A stretch of DNA of 64,000 nucleotides. It comes from Thermoproteota archaeon (lineage in GTDB: Archaea; Korarchaeota; Korarchaeia; Korarchaeales; Korarchaeaceae). The stretch spans positions 128,001 to 192,000 of the forward strand of contig JALSOH010000004.1 of assembly GCA_026986575.1 (NCBI GenBank), written 5' to 3'. Every line of letters begins with the position of its first letter. The stretch's first letter is position 1. A model generated the notes under the pieces. That model was given only the letters and a program-made list of their open reading frames with translations, had not been told where the DNA came from and made no database searches. The position numbers were made by a program, and so were the translations under genes. Positions 9,258 through 22,943 of this stretch are shown here, in pieces.

Positions 9258-10452
9258 CCAGACCCAAGTCCCTTTCCGGTCCCCTTACCTCTCTAGCTAG
9301 AGGTACAGTCCTCCTATCTGAGACTATTCTCCTCGGAGCCGTGGGCCTCTCTACTCTCACCCTAGTGGCCCTCTCAGCGGTCGCCTCGGCGACCTCACCT
9401 TGGAGGGCAGCCTCAACACTAGGAGATGCTACTCCGGTAACCACCAAGAGAACTTGAACTACTCCCTTGAGGGACTCGTCTATCCTAGCCCCCCATATGA
9501 CATTGGCGGTCGGGTCCAAAGATCCCACTATGGTTTCCACGATCTGTTCCATCTCCTCGAGGGAGAAGTCCGGCCCTGATGTGATGTTTATGATGGCCGC
9601 CTTACCACCTGAGATATCGGCCTCGAGTAAGGGGTTACCTAGAGCATCCTCAACGGCCTCTATTGCCCTGTTCTCTCCATCGCTCTCTCCGAATGAGAGA
9701 ACTGCCGGGCCTCCATTCTCCAAGACGTTTCTGAGGTCGGCCAAGTCTACGTTTATCAGACCGGGCTTCATCACAAGCTCGACCATGCCCTTGACGGCCC
9801 TAGCTACAATTTCGTCCGAAATGAAGAACGCTTGATGCAGAGGAAGCTCTTTTGCTATATCCAGTATCCTATCGTTGTTAACCACCACTATAGTATCCGA
9901 GGATTCCGCCAGTTTGGCAAGTCCCTTCATGGCTATCTCCTTCTTCTTAGTTCCTTCCGCTGAGAATGGCAGTGTAACGACGGAAACCACAACGGCTCCT
10001 ACCCTCTTCCCGACCTCAGCTATCACAGGGGAAGCGCCCGTGCCAGTTCCCCCTCCCAGCCCGGCCATTATGAAGAGTACATCGGTACCCCTGAGGAACT
10101 GCTCTAGCTCCTCCATGCTCTCCCTAGCGGCCTCTTCACCTATATGCGGGTCACCACCTGATCCATTCCCGCCGCATAGCTCTTTACCCAAGAGGAATTT
10201 TCTATCGGCAATGGTGGTCAGGAGGTGCTGGGCGTCAGTGTTGACGGCCACTGTCTCCACAGAATCGACGCCTATCGCGTTAAGTCTGGTGATTGTATTA
10301 CTCCCAGCCCCACCTACGCCCATTATTACTATCCTAGCTTTAACTCTCTCCACGAAGTCCTTCAAAGCAGAATCTTCTGGGGATACCTTCTGGGGGATCT
10401 CCCGTACCTCCTCCTCAACTCTGCGTGTAGCAGATCTCACTATGGACTTCAA
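9247..10452 (-). CDS. ftsZ: cell division protein FtsZ
   Basis: GVGGAGSN, GLGGGTGTG, NVDLAD. Confidence 0.97.
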   Translation of the reverse strand: MKSIVRSATRRVEEEVREIPQKVSPEDSALKDFVERVKARIVIMGVGGAGSNTITRLNAIGVDSVETVAVNTDAQHLLTTIADRKFLLGKELCGGNGSGGDPHIGEEAARESMEELEQFLRGTDVLFIMAGLGGGTGTGASPVIAEVGKRVGAVVVSVVTLPFSAEGTKKKEIAMKGLAKLAESSDTIVVVNNDRILDIAKELPLHQAFFISDEIVARAVKGMVELVMKPGLINVDLADLRNVLENGGPAVLSFGESDGENRAIEAVEDALGNPLLEADISGGKAAIINITSGPDFSLEEMEQIVETIVGSLDPTANVIWGARIDESLKGVVQVLLVVTGVASPSVEAALQGEVAEATAERATRVRVERPTAPRRIVSDRRTVPLAREVRGPERDLGLDEL

Positions 10453-10632
10453 TACACATCCCCTTCTCGCTCTTATTTCTCTCTTAGGATGGTGTCAATT
10501 CCCTATTTAAAGTAAGGCATATGGTTCGACGATGCGCTTCCATGCGATTGATTGAATTGAGCACCTAACCGGAGATGATTCCGGTCACATGTGGGACAAT
10601 GTTTATTAAACCTTCAGTGGCTCCCTACGATT

Positions 10633-10708
10633 GGGCCCGTAGCTCAGATGGTAGAGCGCCGGCTTTGCAAGCCGGAGGTCCCGGGTTCGAGTCCCGGCGG
10701 GTCCACCA
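10633..10708 (+). tRNA. tRNA-Ala(TGC)
   Basis: CCGGC/CGGC-TTTGCAA-GCCG arm, G3-U70 pair, encoded CCA. Confidence 0.95.
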
Positions 10709-10797
10709 ACCTTAACTTCCTGAAAAGAGCCCTACCGCCTTATGTCGATATCTCATCATGTAGAGCCAACCGGCCTATCGAGGGCGAGCAGTCAGAA

Positions 10798-10873
10798 TGG
10801 GGCCGGGGCCGGGATTTGAACCCGGGTTAAGGGCTCCACAGGCCCCCAGGTTACCAGGCTACCTCACCCCGGC
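10798..10873 (-). tRNA. tRNA-His(GTG)
   Basis: Reverse-complement cloverleaf; loop CTGTGGA; C discriminator plus CCA. Confidence 0.93.
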
Positions 10874-10879
10874 AAGTAG

Positions 10880-10956
10880 TGGTGCGGCCGCCGGGATTTG
10901 AACCCGGGTCTGGGGCGTGGCAGGCCCCCATCCTGTCCAGGCTAGACTACGGCCGC
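10880..10956 (-). tRNA. tRNA-Gly(GCC)
   Basis: Reverse-complement cloverleaf; loop CTGCCAC; encoded CCA. Confidence 0.95.
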
Positions 10957-11009
10957 CAGCCCTATAGCAAGCGATCGTGTATTTAAGCATTAATTCCTCG
11001 AGATGGGAG

Positions 11010-11669
11010 ATGATCAGGGTATTTTTGGTGGAATCATCTTTAACAAAAATCCCGGAAGAGTTAAAGAACGATAGGATAAGGAGGTCATATACCAAAGTGT
11101 ATGGGAAGTTCTACGATGTCTTGGACATCCAAGCGCTGCCTCCCCAAGCTAGAGTCGGCATGGGACCCAAGGAGGGCAGACCGGACATAGTCCACAGATC
11201 TGTGCTTTCAGTAACCGATCATCCCCTCTTCCTTATGGGACAAATCGAGTTCTACATGCACACCTTGGATGGTAGGATATTCCGCTTCTCCAAGGAGGTC
11301 AGGCCCCCTCGCAACTACATAAGGTTCCTCGGTTTGATGAGTAAATTGCTCGACGAGGGGTGGGTGGGTCCGAGCGAGGATGAACCACTCATATGGGAGG
11401 TGAACGAGAGATTAGGAGATTTGGTAAGTGACCAGGCAATACTCCTAGAGGAAGGTGGAGAGTTCAGAGATCCCTTAGCCTACTTGAGAGACTTAGTGAA
11501 GAGGGGAGACGTATCGATTATGGTTGGCGGGTTCCCTCAGGGATCTTTTTCTGATGATGTCATATCGCTCGCTAGAGGCATATTCAGCCTATATAGGGGA
11601 GTGTTGTCCTCTTCAACGGCTCTCTCCATGGTGCTCACCTACCTCTACTACTTGGAGGTATGGAGATGA
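11010..11669 (+). CDS. nep1: 16S rRNA pseudouridine N1-methyltransferase Nep1/Emg1
   Basis: GRPDIVH, RPPRNY.RF.GLM, VGGFP.G (SPOUT fold); start placed at ATG 11010. Confidence 0.92.
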   Translation: MIRVFLVESSLTKIPEELKNDRIRRSYTKVYGKFYDVLDIQALPPQARVGMGPKEGRPDIVHRSVLSVTDHPLFLMGQIEFYMHTLDGRIFRFSKEVRPPRNYIRFLGLMSKLLDEGWVGPSEDEPLIWEVNERLGDLVSDQAILLEEGGEFRDPLAYLRDLVKRGDVSIMVGGFPQGSFSDDVISLARGIFSLYRGVLSSSTALSMVLTYLYYLEVWR

Positions 11670-12010
11670 GGAGGAAAGCCAAGGAAAGGGAGAAGGACCT
11701 TGCTAAGCAAAGGATAACGAGGTTGCTCAGGTTGGCCGATGAGGTATACCCTAGCGAACCTGAACTCGGACTCCGGTATGGAGAGCTGGCCAGAAGGTTG
11801 GCTCTAAGAACAAAAGCGAGGATACCCGAGCAATGGAAGTGGAGGTACTGCAGGAGATGTGGGTCCTTCCTTTACCCTGGAATAAGCGCTGATATTAGGA
11901 CGAGAGATCGCAGGCTTCCTCACCTAGTGATCAGATGTCAGTTATGCGGTGAGATGAGGAGAATCCCCTATCTAAGGGAGAAGAGGGCCAAGAGAGCGGC
12001 ATCTCGTTGA
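11660..12010 (+). CDS. rnp4: RNase P protein component 4 (Rpp21)
   Basis: YCRRCGSFL.PG...C..CG..RR.P. Confidence 0.93.
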   Translation: MEMRRKAKEREKDLAKQRITRLLRLADEVYPSEPELGLRYGELARRLALRTKARIPEQWKWRYCRRCGSFLYPGISADIRTRDRRLPHLVIRCQLCGEMRRIPYLREKRAKRAASR

Positions 12011-12111
12011 GTAGGGGGGTCATGCGAGGACACCTTGGTAGGCCTCAACTTCCCTAATGGTTTTATATGCCACGCCTGCAGTAGCTTGTTGAAGGTCTAA
12101 CGGAGAAAAGG

Positions 12112-12579
12112 GTGATGAGCTTGCCTACAGCTAGGGATGTAAGGGCTGACCTGCTGATAGACCGCCTCAAGGAGGAGCTTAAGAAGTTCGAATCGATAAG
12201 GCCACCTGAATGGGCTTTCTACACGAAAACGGGAGTGCATAAGGAGAGACCCCCGGTCCAAGAGGACTGGTGGTACATTAGGGCTGCCTCCATATTAAGG
12301 ACCCTTTACATGAGGGGAGGAAGGCCTGTCGGTGTAGAGAGGCTCAGAACAAAGTATGGAGGCAGGAAAGATAGGGGAGTAAGACCAGAGAGGTTCGTTA
12401 AGGGAAGTGGGCATGTGATACGGCTCATTCTCCAGCAGCTGGAGGCTGCTGATCTAGTAGAGAAGGTGGAAAGGAAGGGTAGGAGGATAACGCCGAAGGG
12501 AGTCTCTCTCTTGGATAAGACAGCCGCCGGAATAATCAAGGAGATTGAGTTGATTCCAGGAAAGGTGGAAGCGCCATGA
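12112..12579 (+). CDS. rps19e: 30S ribosomal protein S19e
   Basis: PPEWA..KTG.HKE.PP..DWWY.RAAS. Confidence 0.97.
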   Translation: MMSLPTARDVRADLLIDRLKEELKKFESIRPPEWAFYTKTGVHKERPPVQEDWWYIRAASILRTLYMRGGRPVGVERLRTKYGGRKDRGVRPERFVKGSGHVIRLILQQLEAADLVEKVERKGRRITPKGVSLLDKTAAGIIKEIELIPGKVEAP

Positions 12580-12902
12580 GTGCCGAGGATAGGGCGCTTA
12601 AGGAGATACAGGAGAAGTTGATGGCCGAGATGGCGGCTAAGCAGAGTAAAGAGGAGGAAGTAGCCAAGGAACTCCAGAAGATAGATGCTCTCGTTAAGCA
12701 ACTCCTGACCAATGAGGCTTGGCAGAGGCTCAAGAGGGTGGAGCTAGTTAAACCCGACCTAGCCAATGAGGTAAAGTTATATTTGGTTCAACTTTATACC
12801 GCCGGTCGGCTAGCTAGGAGACTGACCGACGATGAGTTGAAGGCCCTGCTGGCCCAGCTCTCGGAGAGGGCCAAGAGGGATTTCAACATAAGGATAGTGT
12901 AA
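12576..12902 (+). CDS. PDCD5-like DNA-binding protein
   Basis: LT.EA.QRL.RV.LVKP.LA..V...L.QL; S19e-PDCD5-L39e synteny. Confidence 0.9.
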   Translation: MSAEDRALKEIQEKLMAEMAAKQSKEEEVAKELQKIDALVKQLLTNEAWQRLKRVELVKPDLANEVKLYLVQLYTAGRLARRLTDDELKALLAQLSERAKRDFNIRIV

Positions 12903-12921
12903 GTAAGTATAGGTGATAACT

Positions 12922-13074
12922 ATGGCGACTAATAGGCCTCTGGGGAGTAAGCTGAGATATGCTAGGGCCCTCAAGAGTAATAAGAGGGTTCCTGCTTGGG
13001 TCTACGCGAGGACTAACAGGAAGGTCAGGGCCAGACCCCTCAGGAACTGGAGGAGGAGCAGGCTCCAACTGTGA
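12922..13074 (+). CDS. rpl39e: 50S ribosomal protein L39e (absent from ORF track)
   Basis: MATNRPLGSKLRYARALKSNKRVPAWVYARTNRKVRARPLRNWRRSRLQL; GGTGA SD. Confidence 0.95.
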   Translation: MATNRPLGSKLRYARALKSNKRVPAWVYARTNRKVRARPLRNWRRSRLQL

Positions 13075-13085
13075 GGTGATCTTCT

Positions 13086-13358
13086 ATGGCTGAGGTGAAG
13101 GAAGTGGCCTTCAACATAAATATGGGGATCCTCATAAGGGCGAAGTATCCTCCCAAGAAGAGAGCGGCGAGGGCCGTGAAGTTCATCAAGGCCTTCGTCA
13201 GGAGGCATGCGAGAATCCCTGAAGAATACGAGATAAAGGTCAGACCGGAATTAAACGAGCTCCTGTGGTCTAGAGGAGCTGGAAATCCACCTGGTAAGGT
13301 GAGAGTGCGCGTTGTATTGGACGAGGATGAGAAAACAGCTGTCATATGGCCGGCTTAG
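13086..13358 (+). CDS. rpl31e: 50S ribosomal protein L31e
   Basis: KRAARAVK.I..FV.RH, LNE.LWSRG..NPP.KVRV. Confidence 0.95.
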   Translation: MAEVKEVAFNINMGILIRAKYPPKKRAARAVKFIKAFVRRHARIPEEYEIKVRPELNELLWSRGAGNPPGKVRVRVVLDEDEKTAVIWPA

Positions 13359-13366
13359 GGATTTAG

Positions 13367-14038
13367 ATGGTGGTTTTCAGGGTAAAGATCTTCGGCAGCT
13401 ACAACTTAGGGGTTTACTTGAGGGCGGTGGGCCCTTACCTGCTGGCCCCGCCCAACGCCTCGCAGGTGATTGGCGAGGAGGTAGAGGAGATAGGTCTGAG
13501 GATAGTCGAGACCTCGATTTATGATAGTAGGATGTTGGGTATATTCTTGACTGGGAATAGCAGGTCCCTGCTGGTCCCTCCCATAGTATCAGAAGGCGAG
13601 ATAAGATACCTCAGGGAGAAGTTGAATTTGGAAGTTCATGTGCTTCCCTCGGCCAGACTGACTGCCTTGGGAAATGATATAGTGGTGAACGATTACGGGG
13701 CCCTAGTGCACCCCCTCTTCACGGACGACGAGGTGGATCTCATAAGCAAGTTCCTTGGAGTCAAGGCGATCAAGGGGAGGATAGGTGGTGTCCCCGTGGT
13801 CGGCTCCCTGGTGGTGGTCAATAACAAGGGATGCCTGATCTCCCCCTCAGCCGATGATGCCGAGCTGAGGGGCGCCTCCGAGATCCTAGGCGTGGAGTGC
13901 CTCAGGGGCACAGTCAACGATGGCGTTGGCTATATAAGGCTGGGACTAGTGGCCAGCGACTCTGGTGCCTTGGTTGGCTATCCCACCACCCCTATGGAGA
14001 TAGAGAACCTAGCGGAAGCTCTTAATATTGAACCATGA
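13367..14038 (+). CDS. eif6: translation initiation factor 6
   Basis: ALGN.I.VND.GALVHP, GTVN.G, G.PTT..E. Confidence 0.95.
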   Translation: MVVFRVKIFGSYNLGVYLRAVGPYLLAPPNASQVIGEEVEEIGLRIVETSIYDSRMLGIFLTGNSRSLLVPPIVSEGEIRYLREKLNLEVHVLPSARLTALGNDIVVNDYGALVHPLFTDDEVDLISKFLGVKAIKGRIGGVPVVGSLVVVNNKGCLISPSADDAELRGASEILGVECLRGTVNDGVGYIRLGLVASDSGALVGYPTTPMEIENLAEALNIEP

Positions 14039-14459
14039 GCCTATCAGTGAGGTGCGAAGATTGAGCCAAGAGAGAGCTGCCGACCTGAACTTCCTCCAAA
14101 CGCTCTATAGATACCTGCTGGACGAGTACAACAGGTTGAACCTTCTCAAGACAGACTTAGAGAGGACAATAGAGACTCTGAAGGCCCTTAATAAGGCGCA
14201 GGAGGAAGAAGTTGGTCCTCTGATAATTCCCGTTTCGTCTTTCCTGTCCCTCCTAGTGGACGGGGTTAAGGCCAAGGAGACGCTCGTTCTCATGGGCGGC
14301 AACATATATGCTAAAATGGGGCCCGAGGAGGCATTGAAGCAGGCCCAAGAGAGGCTGGAAGAGGTCAACAAGGGCCTTCAGGAGGTGGGCATGAACCTCA
14401 CTAAGGTCCAACTCGAGATAGAGAACCTGCAGAGGGGGACCTCGAGACGTGCTAGGTAG
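14028..14459 (+). CDS. pfdA: prefoldin alpha subunit
   Basis: Coiled coil / beta hairpins (LIIPV, LVLMGGNIY) / coiled coil; eif6-pfdA-ftsY synteny. Confidence 0.8.
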   Translation: MNHEPISEVRRLSQERAADLNFLQTLYRYLLDEYNRLNLLKTDLERTIETLKALNKAQEEEVGPLIIPVSSFLSLLVDGVKAKETLVLMGGNIYAKMGPEEALKQAQERLEEVNKGLQEVGMNLTKVQLEIENLQRGTSRRAR

Positions 14460-15321
14460 GCTCGTAGACGAATTAACCTCCAGAGGAATTGTGAGGAAAA
14501 AGTGGAGTAGGAAGGATGTTTTCAGGGTATTTGACTCCTTGGAGTTGGAGCTGGTGGCCCAAGGGATCCCCCCTTCCCTAGTGGACAGCCTCAGGGAGGA
14601 GGTGGCCAAGAAGCTGGATGGGGTGGAGACCAAGGGGGATCCAAAGGGGATCGTGAGGAACGCGATCAAATCCGCGATAAGGGGATTGCTCCCTCCTCAA
14701 ATGAGATTGGATGATGTTATCGGGATCAAAGGACTCTATAAGGTCGTGTTCTTCGGGTTCAACGGCGTGGGAAAGTCACTGAGCATCGTCAAGATGGCCA
14801 AACACTTGCAGAGTAAGGGGAAGAGGGTCCTTGTCATCTCGGCCGATACGTACAGGGCTGCAGCGGGCGACCAGCTCGAGGGTTACTGCAGATCTGCCGG
14901 CGTTCCAATGTTCAAGGGTCCAAGGGGCGCCGACCCCGCGGCTGTCGCGTACGACGGTCTCAATATGGCCTCCTCCAAGGGGTACGAGTTCGTCCTCATC
15001 GACACGGCCGGGAGGAACTACCTGAACAAGAACCTCACGGAGGAGCTGAGGAAGGTGGTGAGGATCGTCCAACCGGATCTCAAGGTCTTGGTGGTGGACG
15101 GCATGGCTGGGAATGATGTCCTCAATCAGTGCGATTCCTTCGAGGAGGCTGTCGGTATAGATGCCCTAGTGGTCACTAAGGTGGATGGCTCAGGCCCAGC
15201 CACCCCGCTTGTAGCTTCTCTCCACTCCGGTAAGCCCGTGCTCTTCCTAGGGACCGGCCAGTCCTTCAACGATCTCAGGGATTTCGACCCCGAGGAGGCA
15301 ATAGATTATATCCTCGCATGA
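14449..15321 (+). CDS. ftsY: SRP receptor FtsY
   Basis: GFNGVGKS, DTYRAAA, DTAGR, TKVD, GTGQ. Confidence 0.9.
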   Translation: MLGRLVDELTSRGIVRKKWSRKDVFRVFDSLELELVAQGIPPSLVDSLREEVAKKLDGVETKGDPKGIVRNAIKSAIRGLLPPQMRLDDVIGIKGLYKVVFFGFNGVGKSLSIVKMAKHLQSKGKRVLVISADTYRAAAGDQLEGYCRSAGVPMFKGPRGADPAAVAYDGLNMASSKGYEFVLIDTAGRNYLNKNLTEELRKVVRIVQPDLKVLVVDGMAGNDVLNQCDSFEEAVGIDALVVTKVDGSGPATPLVASLHSGKPVLFLGTGQSFNDLRDFDPEEAIDYILA

Positions 15322-15343
15322 CCCCTTATCCCGGTGTCAATCA

Positions 15344-16276
15344 ATGGCCTCGGTGCTGAGGAGGCTCAAGGGAAAGGACTTCCTCACTCTTCTGGATTTC
15401 ACGCCTCTAGAGTTCAAGGCGCTGATCGTCAGATCTAGGGAGCACAAGTGGGGTCTGGTGAGGGGAGACCCCTTAAAGGGCAAGTACGTCGCTGGCATCT
15501 TCGAGAAGCCGTCCACTAGGACTAGGGTCTCCATGTCTGTAGCTACGTTCGATCTGGGAGGAGTGTTCCTAGAGCTCCCCACATCCAGCCTTCAGGTATC
15601 AAGAGGAGAGACCTTAAGGGACACGGCTCAGGTGCTGAGCAGGTTCGTGAACGCCATAGCTGCTAGGGTGAAGTCCCATTCCACCCTAGAGGAACTCGCT
15701 AAGTGGGCCGACGTACCAGTGATCAACATGCTGAGCGACAAGTTCCACCCCCTTCAAGCCCTGACCGATGTGTTCACCATGATTGAGTTCTTCGGGGAGA
15801 GGAAGTTGAAGGTCGTCTTCCTAGGAGATGGGGCTGCCAACACGAACCACAGCCTCATGATAGCCTCAGCATTGGTGGGATACGACTATGTCGTGGGAGC
15901 GCCTCAGGAGTACTGGCCGGACAAGGGCATAGTGTCTAAGGTAGAGGAGATCATGGAGGAAACAGGGGGCGCATTGAGGGTGGTGGAGGATCCTGTCGAG
16001 GCCGTTAGGGAGGCCGACGTGATCTACACGGACACATGGTTCTCCATGGGTGTGAAGGACATAGAGAGGAGGAAGAATGTATTCCCGCCCTATCAGGTGA
16101 ACTCCAAGCTACTGAGCCACGCTGCTCCTCATGTAAAGGTGATGCATTGCCAGCCTTGGTTCTTGGGACAGGAGATAACCGAAGAAGTCGCCTATGGGCC
16201 TCATTCCATAGCGTTCGAGCAGGCGGAGAACAGGCTCCACACGGCGAAAGCCGTGCTGGAGGCTCTCCTCATATAA
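15344..16276 (+). CDS. argF: ornithine carbamoyltransferase
   Basis: STRT, HPLQ, SMG, HCQP, QAENR. Confidence 0.92.
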   Translation: MASVLRRLKGKDFLTLLDFTPLEFKALIVRSREHKWGLVRGDPLKGKYVAGIFEKPSTRTRVSMSVATFDLGGVFLELPTSSLQVSRGETLRDTAQVLSRFVNAIAARVKSHSTLEELAKWADVPVINMLSDKFHPLQALTDVFTMIEFFGERKLKVVFLGDGAANTNHSLMIASALVGYDYVVGAPQEYWPDKGIVSKVEEIMEETGGALRVVEDPVEAVREADVIYTDTWFSMGVKDIERRKNVFPPYQVNSKLLSHAAPHVKVMHCQPWFLGQEITEEVAYGPHSIAFEQAENRLHTAKAVLEALLI

Positions 16277-16285
16277 ATCTTTCTC

Positions 16286-16302
16286 AGTCAACTTTATATA
16301 GC
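16286..16302 (+). promoter_or_regulatory. rRNA operon promoter (BRE/TATA)
   Basis: CTTTATATA box ~25 nt upstream of the structured rRNA leader. Confidence 0.65.
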
Positions 16303-16324
16303 TACGTGACCACTAATCTGATTG

Positions 16325-16410
16325 GCCACGGTTGACCCGGTGGCGGTCCCGAGGAGATGAAGGGGGAGACCCCGATCGGGTGAGGGATCGTCTTTCCGAC
16401 CGTGGCGACA
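16325..16410 (+). ncRNA. candidate H/ACA guide hairpin in the rRNA 5' leader
   Basis: 10-bp basal stem, internal pocket, 9-bp upper stem capped by tandem-GA K-turn elements, terminal ACA 15 nt from the top of the pocket. Confidence 0.6.
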
Positions 16411-16471
16411 GTGTGCGTACGTTGTGTACGGTCATGTGAGCACGAGGAAACGTCAGATCCCTCGCGCTCAA

Positions 16472-16505
16472 GAGAGTCCGGATGTCCCCACGAATGGTGG
16501 GTGGC
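16472..16505 (+). other. 16S processing stem 5' strand (BHB, pairs with 18071-18104)
   Basis: GAGAGTCCGGATGTCCC-CACG-AAT-GGTGGGTGGC pairs with GCCACCCACC-CGTG-ATA-GGGACATCCGGACTCTC. Confidence 0.9.
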
Positions 16506-16534
16506 GGTTTTGGGAGGCCTTGCGGCCGTATGCG

Positions 16535-18041
<1,507 letters not shown>

Positions 18042-18181
18042 ATTATAATACCAATACCAAGGCCTTCTGGGCCACCCACCCGTGATAGGGACATCCGGAC
18101 TCTCAGTCGGATGATGCTCCGGAGGCGCCACCTCCGGAGTTGAGGCGCAAATCCCGTTAGTTGCCCGCTAACGGGAAATGT

Positions 18182-18219
18182 GCGCCCCGCATAGTTGGCG
18201 ACGCTACAGGCTGGCGCTA
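18182..18219 (+). other. 23S processing stem 5' strand (BHB, pairs with ~21254-21295)
   Basis: Helix/CGCT/ACA/helix pairs with helix/GGCG/TAA/helix: canonical bulge-helix-bulge. Confidence 0.9.
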
Positions 18220-21257
<3,038 letters not shown>

Positions 21258-21470
21258 TAGCGCCAGCCGGCGTAATCGCCAACTATGCGGGGCGCGTTCG
21301 TTTTCACACATATATCCATGGAAAACTTTCCTTTCCTAGAGTCTAGGGTCTTTCTAAAAGCTGTTTCGAGCTTTACCCATTTCGTTAACTTCAAGGATTT
21401 ATTTCATTATTATCTCATAATTAAAGGGAAACTTATATTTCTCCCCCCCCCCAGAATCAGGGTGATCATA

Positions 21471-21773
21471 TTGAAGATATATGGGATTGAAAGAGAGGTA
21501 TTTGCACTTTCTCTCGCAATCCTGTTAATACTGCCGTTAGTAGCCAGTATACCAAACTCCATGGGTGTCTGGATAGGGACCTATGTAAGAACGTGGTCTG
21601 TGAAGCGTGCTCACAGGATGGCTAGCTGGGCGCTTGATCAGATTACCGATCCCATCGGATGGGCAATAGGACACCATACTTGGTACACACGCCTCGCATC
21701 TATCGCACTCATAGCTTATACTGGCATTGGACCTTATTACGCGGCATTCACGATAGGATTCACTGTAGGGTGA
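21471..21773 (+). CDS. putative circular-bacteriocin-like precursor 1 (100 aa)
   Basis: GGTGA SD and TTG start; hydrophobic leader, W/A/G-rich amphipathic core ending FTIGFTVG; first gene of a SpoIIM/Yip1/ABC operon. Confidence 0.6.
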   Translation: MKIYGIEREVFALSLAILLILPLVASIPNSMGVWIGTYVRTWSVKRAHRMASWALDQITDPIGWAIGHHTWYTRLASIALIAYTGIGPYYAAFTIGFTVG

Positions 21774-22312
21774 CAGAAATTATTAGAACATCCTGTTTAC
21801 CCGAGTTTTTTATTCTAATCATTTATCTATCATCGTTTGTTGTAGGTACATGGCACACCTTTAACGAAAATGGCGCTCGGGATGGATCCTTCCATCTGAA
21901 GGATGTTAAAAATATTAATATAGATTACCTCGATTTCTTCAGGATGGTATTGTTAAATAATTTAGTGGCAGGTATCTTAATCATTGTGGGAGGATGGTTG
22001 TTCTGCATACCGACTCTCTTAGTCCCCATAGCTTCGGGTTACTTTGCTGGGCTTTACTTTGGAGCTGCTTACAGAGCTTATGGACTCTTCATTTCCTTAA
22101 TTTTGTACATTCCCATGCCCTTGGAGATAGCCGCCATAGTTATCCTAGGTCATGTATCCTTCAAGCTATGTAAGGAGAATCTCAGGAGATTAAGGGGAAA
22201 CGACTCGGATGCTCCTTTGCTCAGAGGCCATATTAAATCTATCACATACGGTATTTTCCTCATAGTTGTAGGTGCTGTGATCGAGACAGTTATTCAATTC
22301 TACATCGGTTAA
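21770..22312 (+). CDS. SpoIIM/DUF95 family membrane protein
   Basis: LNNL..G..I..GG....PT, PLEIAA, C-terminal GAVIET; GTG overlaps the precursor stop codon. Confidence 0.8.
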   Translation: MTEIIRTSCLPEFFILIIYLSSFVVGTWHTFNENGARDGSFHLKDVKNINIDYLDFFRMVLLNNLVAGILIIVGGWLFCIPTLLVPIASGYFAGLYFGAAYRAYGLFISLILYIPMPLEIAAIVILGHVSFKLCKENLRRLRGNDSDAPLLRGHIKSITYGIFLIVVGAVIETVIQFYIG

Positions 22313-22342
22313 ATTCATGAATGAGATCGCCGAGGGAGATTT

Positions 22343-22936
22343 ATGAGGCTATTCTTTTCCTTCATGCTAGTGCTTCTCACGGGAATCATGGTACACCTTT
22401 ACTTCACTATGCCGTTCTTAAAGCCTAGTACCTCCACATACGCCGAAATGGATGTCCGCATTATAAGGGGATCTTTCCTACTCACTCCGGTATTTTCCAG
22501 CCTCATAGTCGTCCTGATATGGGCTGTGGAATCTTCTTTAGCCTCGCTCGTCATCAGAAGATCGGTGAGAGGGGCGGAAAGGTCCCACATAAATTTAGGC
22601 GTCATAATGAGCGAATTTTCCTTGGGATACGTTCCTGAATTTATCTTCCTCCTCATAATAGTCCCGCTCGTATGGTTCAACCTCCCTGAATACACAGTGA
22701 CCTCTGTGAAGGAGCTTATTAACGCATCTAAGAGCCTAGGAGAGTCTCCATTATACGTAAACGGGATGCTCGCTCTGATTGCTGTATCCATATCTCGCTA
22801 TCCCATATACGCAGCCATACTCAGATACAGATTGGATATAGGATGGAGGGAGACCCTCACTATCATCGCCCTGCTTATCATTGTTGATACACTCATAGCT
22901 TTGTGGGGAGGAGGGTTCGACTTAGGTAGGGGGTGA
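22343..22936 (+). CDS. Yip1-like multi-pass membrane protein
   Basis: About 5 TM helices; W.V.S...LV, LGYVP, LRYRLDIGW pattern resembles Yip1. Confidence 0.55.
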   Translation: MRLFFSFMLVLLTGIMVHLYFTMPFLKPSTSTYAEMDVRIIRGSFLLTPVFSSLIVVLIWAVESSLASLVIRRSVRGAERSHINLGVIMSEFSLGYVPEFIFLLIIVPLVWFNLPEYTVTSVKELINASKSLGESPLYVNGMLALIAVSISRYPIYAAILRYRLDIGWRETLTIIALLIIVDTLIALWGGGFDLGRG

Positions 22937-22943
22937 GTTAGGC

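Noticed and set aside
10715-10797. Minus-strand hairpin with ATGATGA between tRNA-Ala and tRNA-His
   Set aside because: No properly placed D box or ACA box; cannot support an sRNA call.
21285-21470. N-terminal 62 aa of the 162-aa ORF
   Set aside because: Overlaps the rRNA trailer and promoter; the SD points to TTG 21471.
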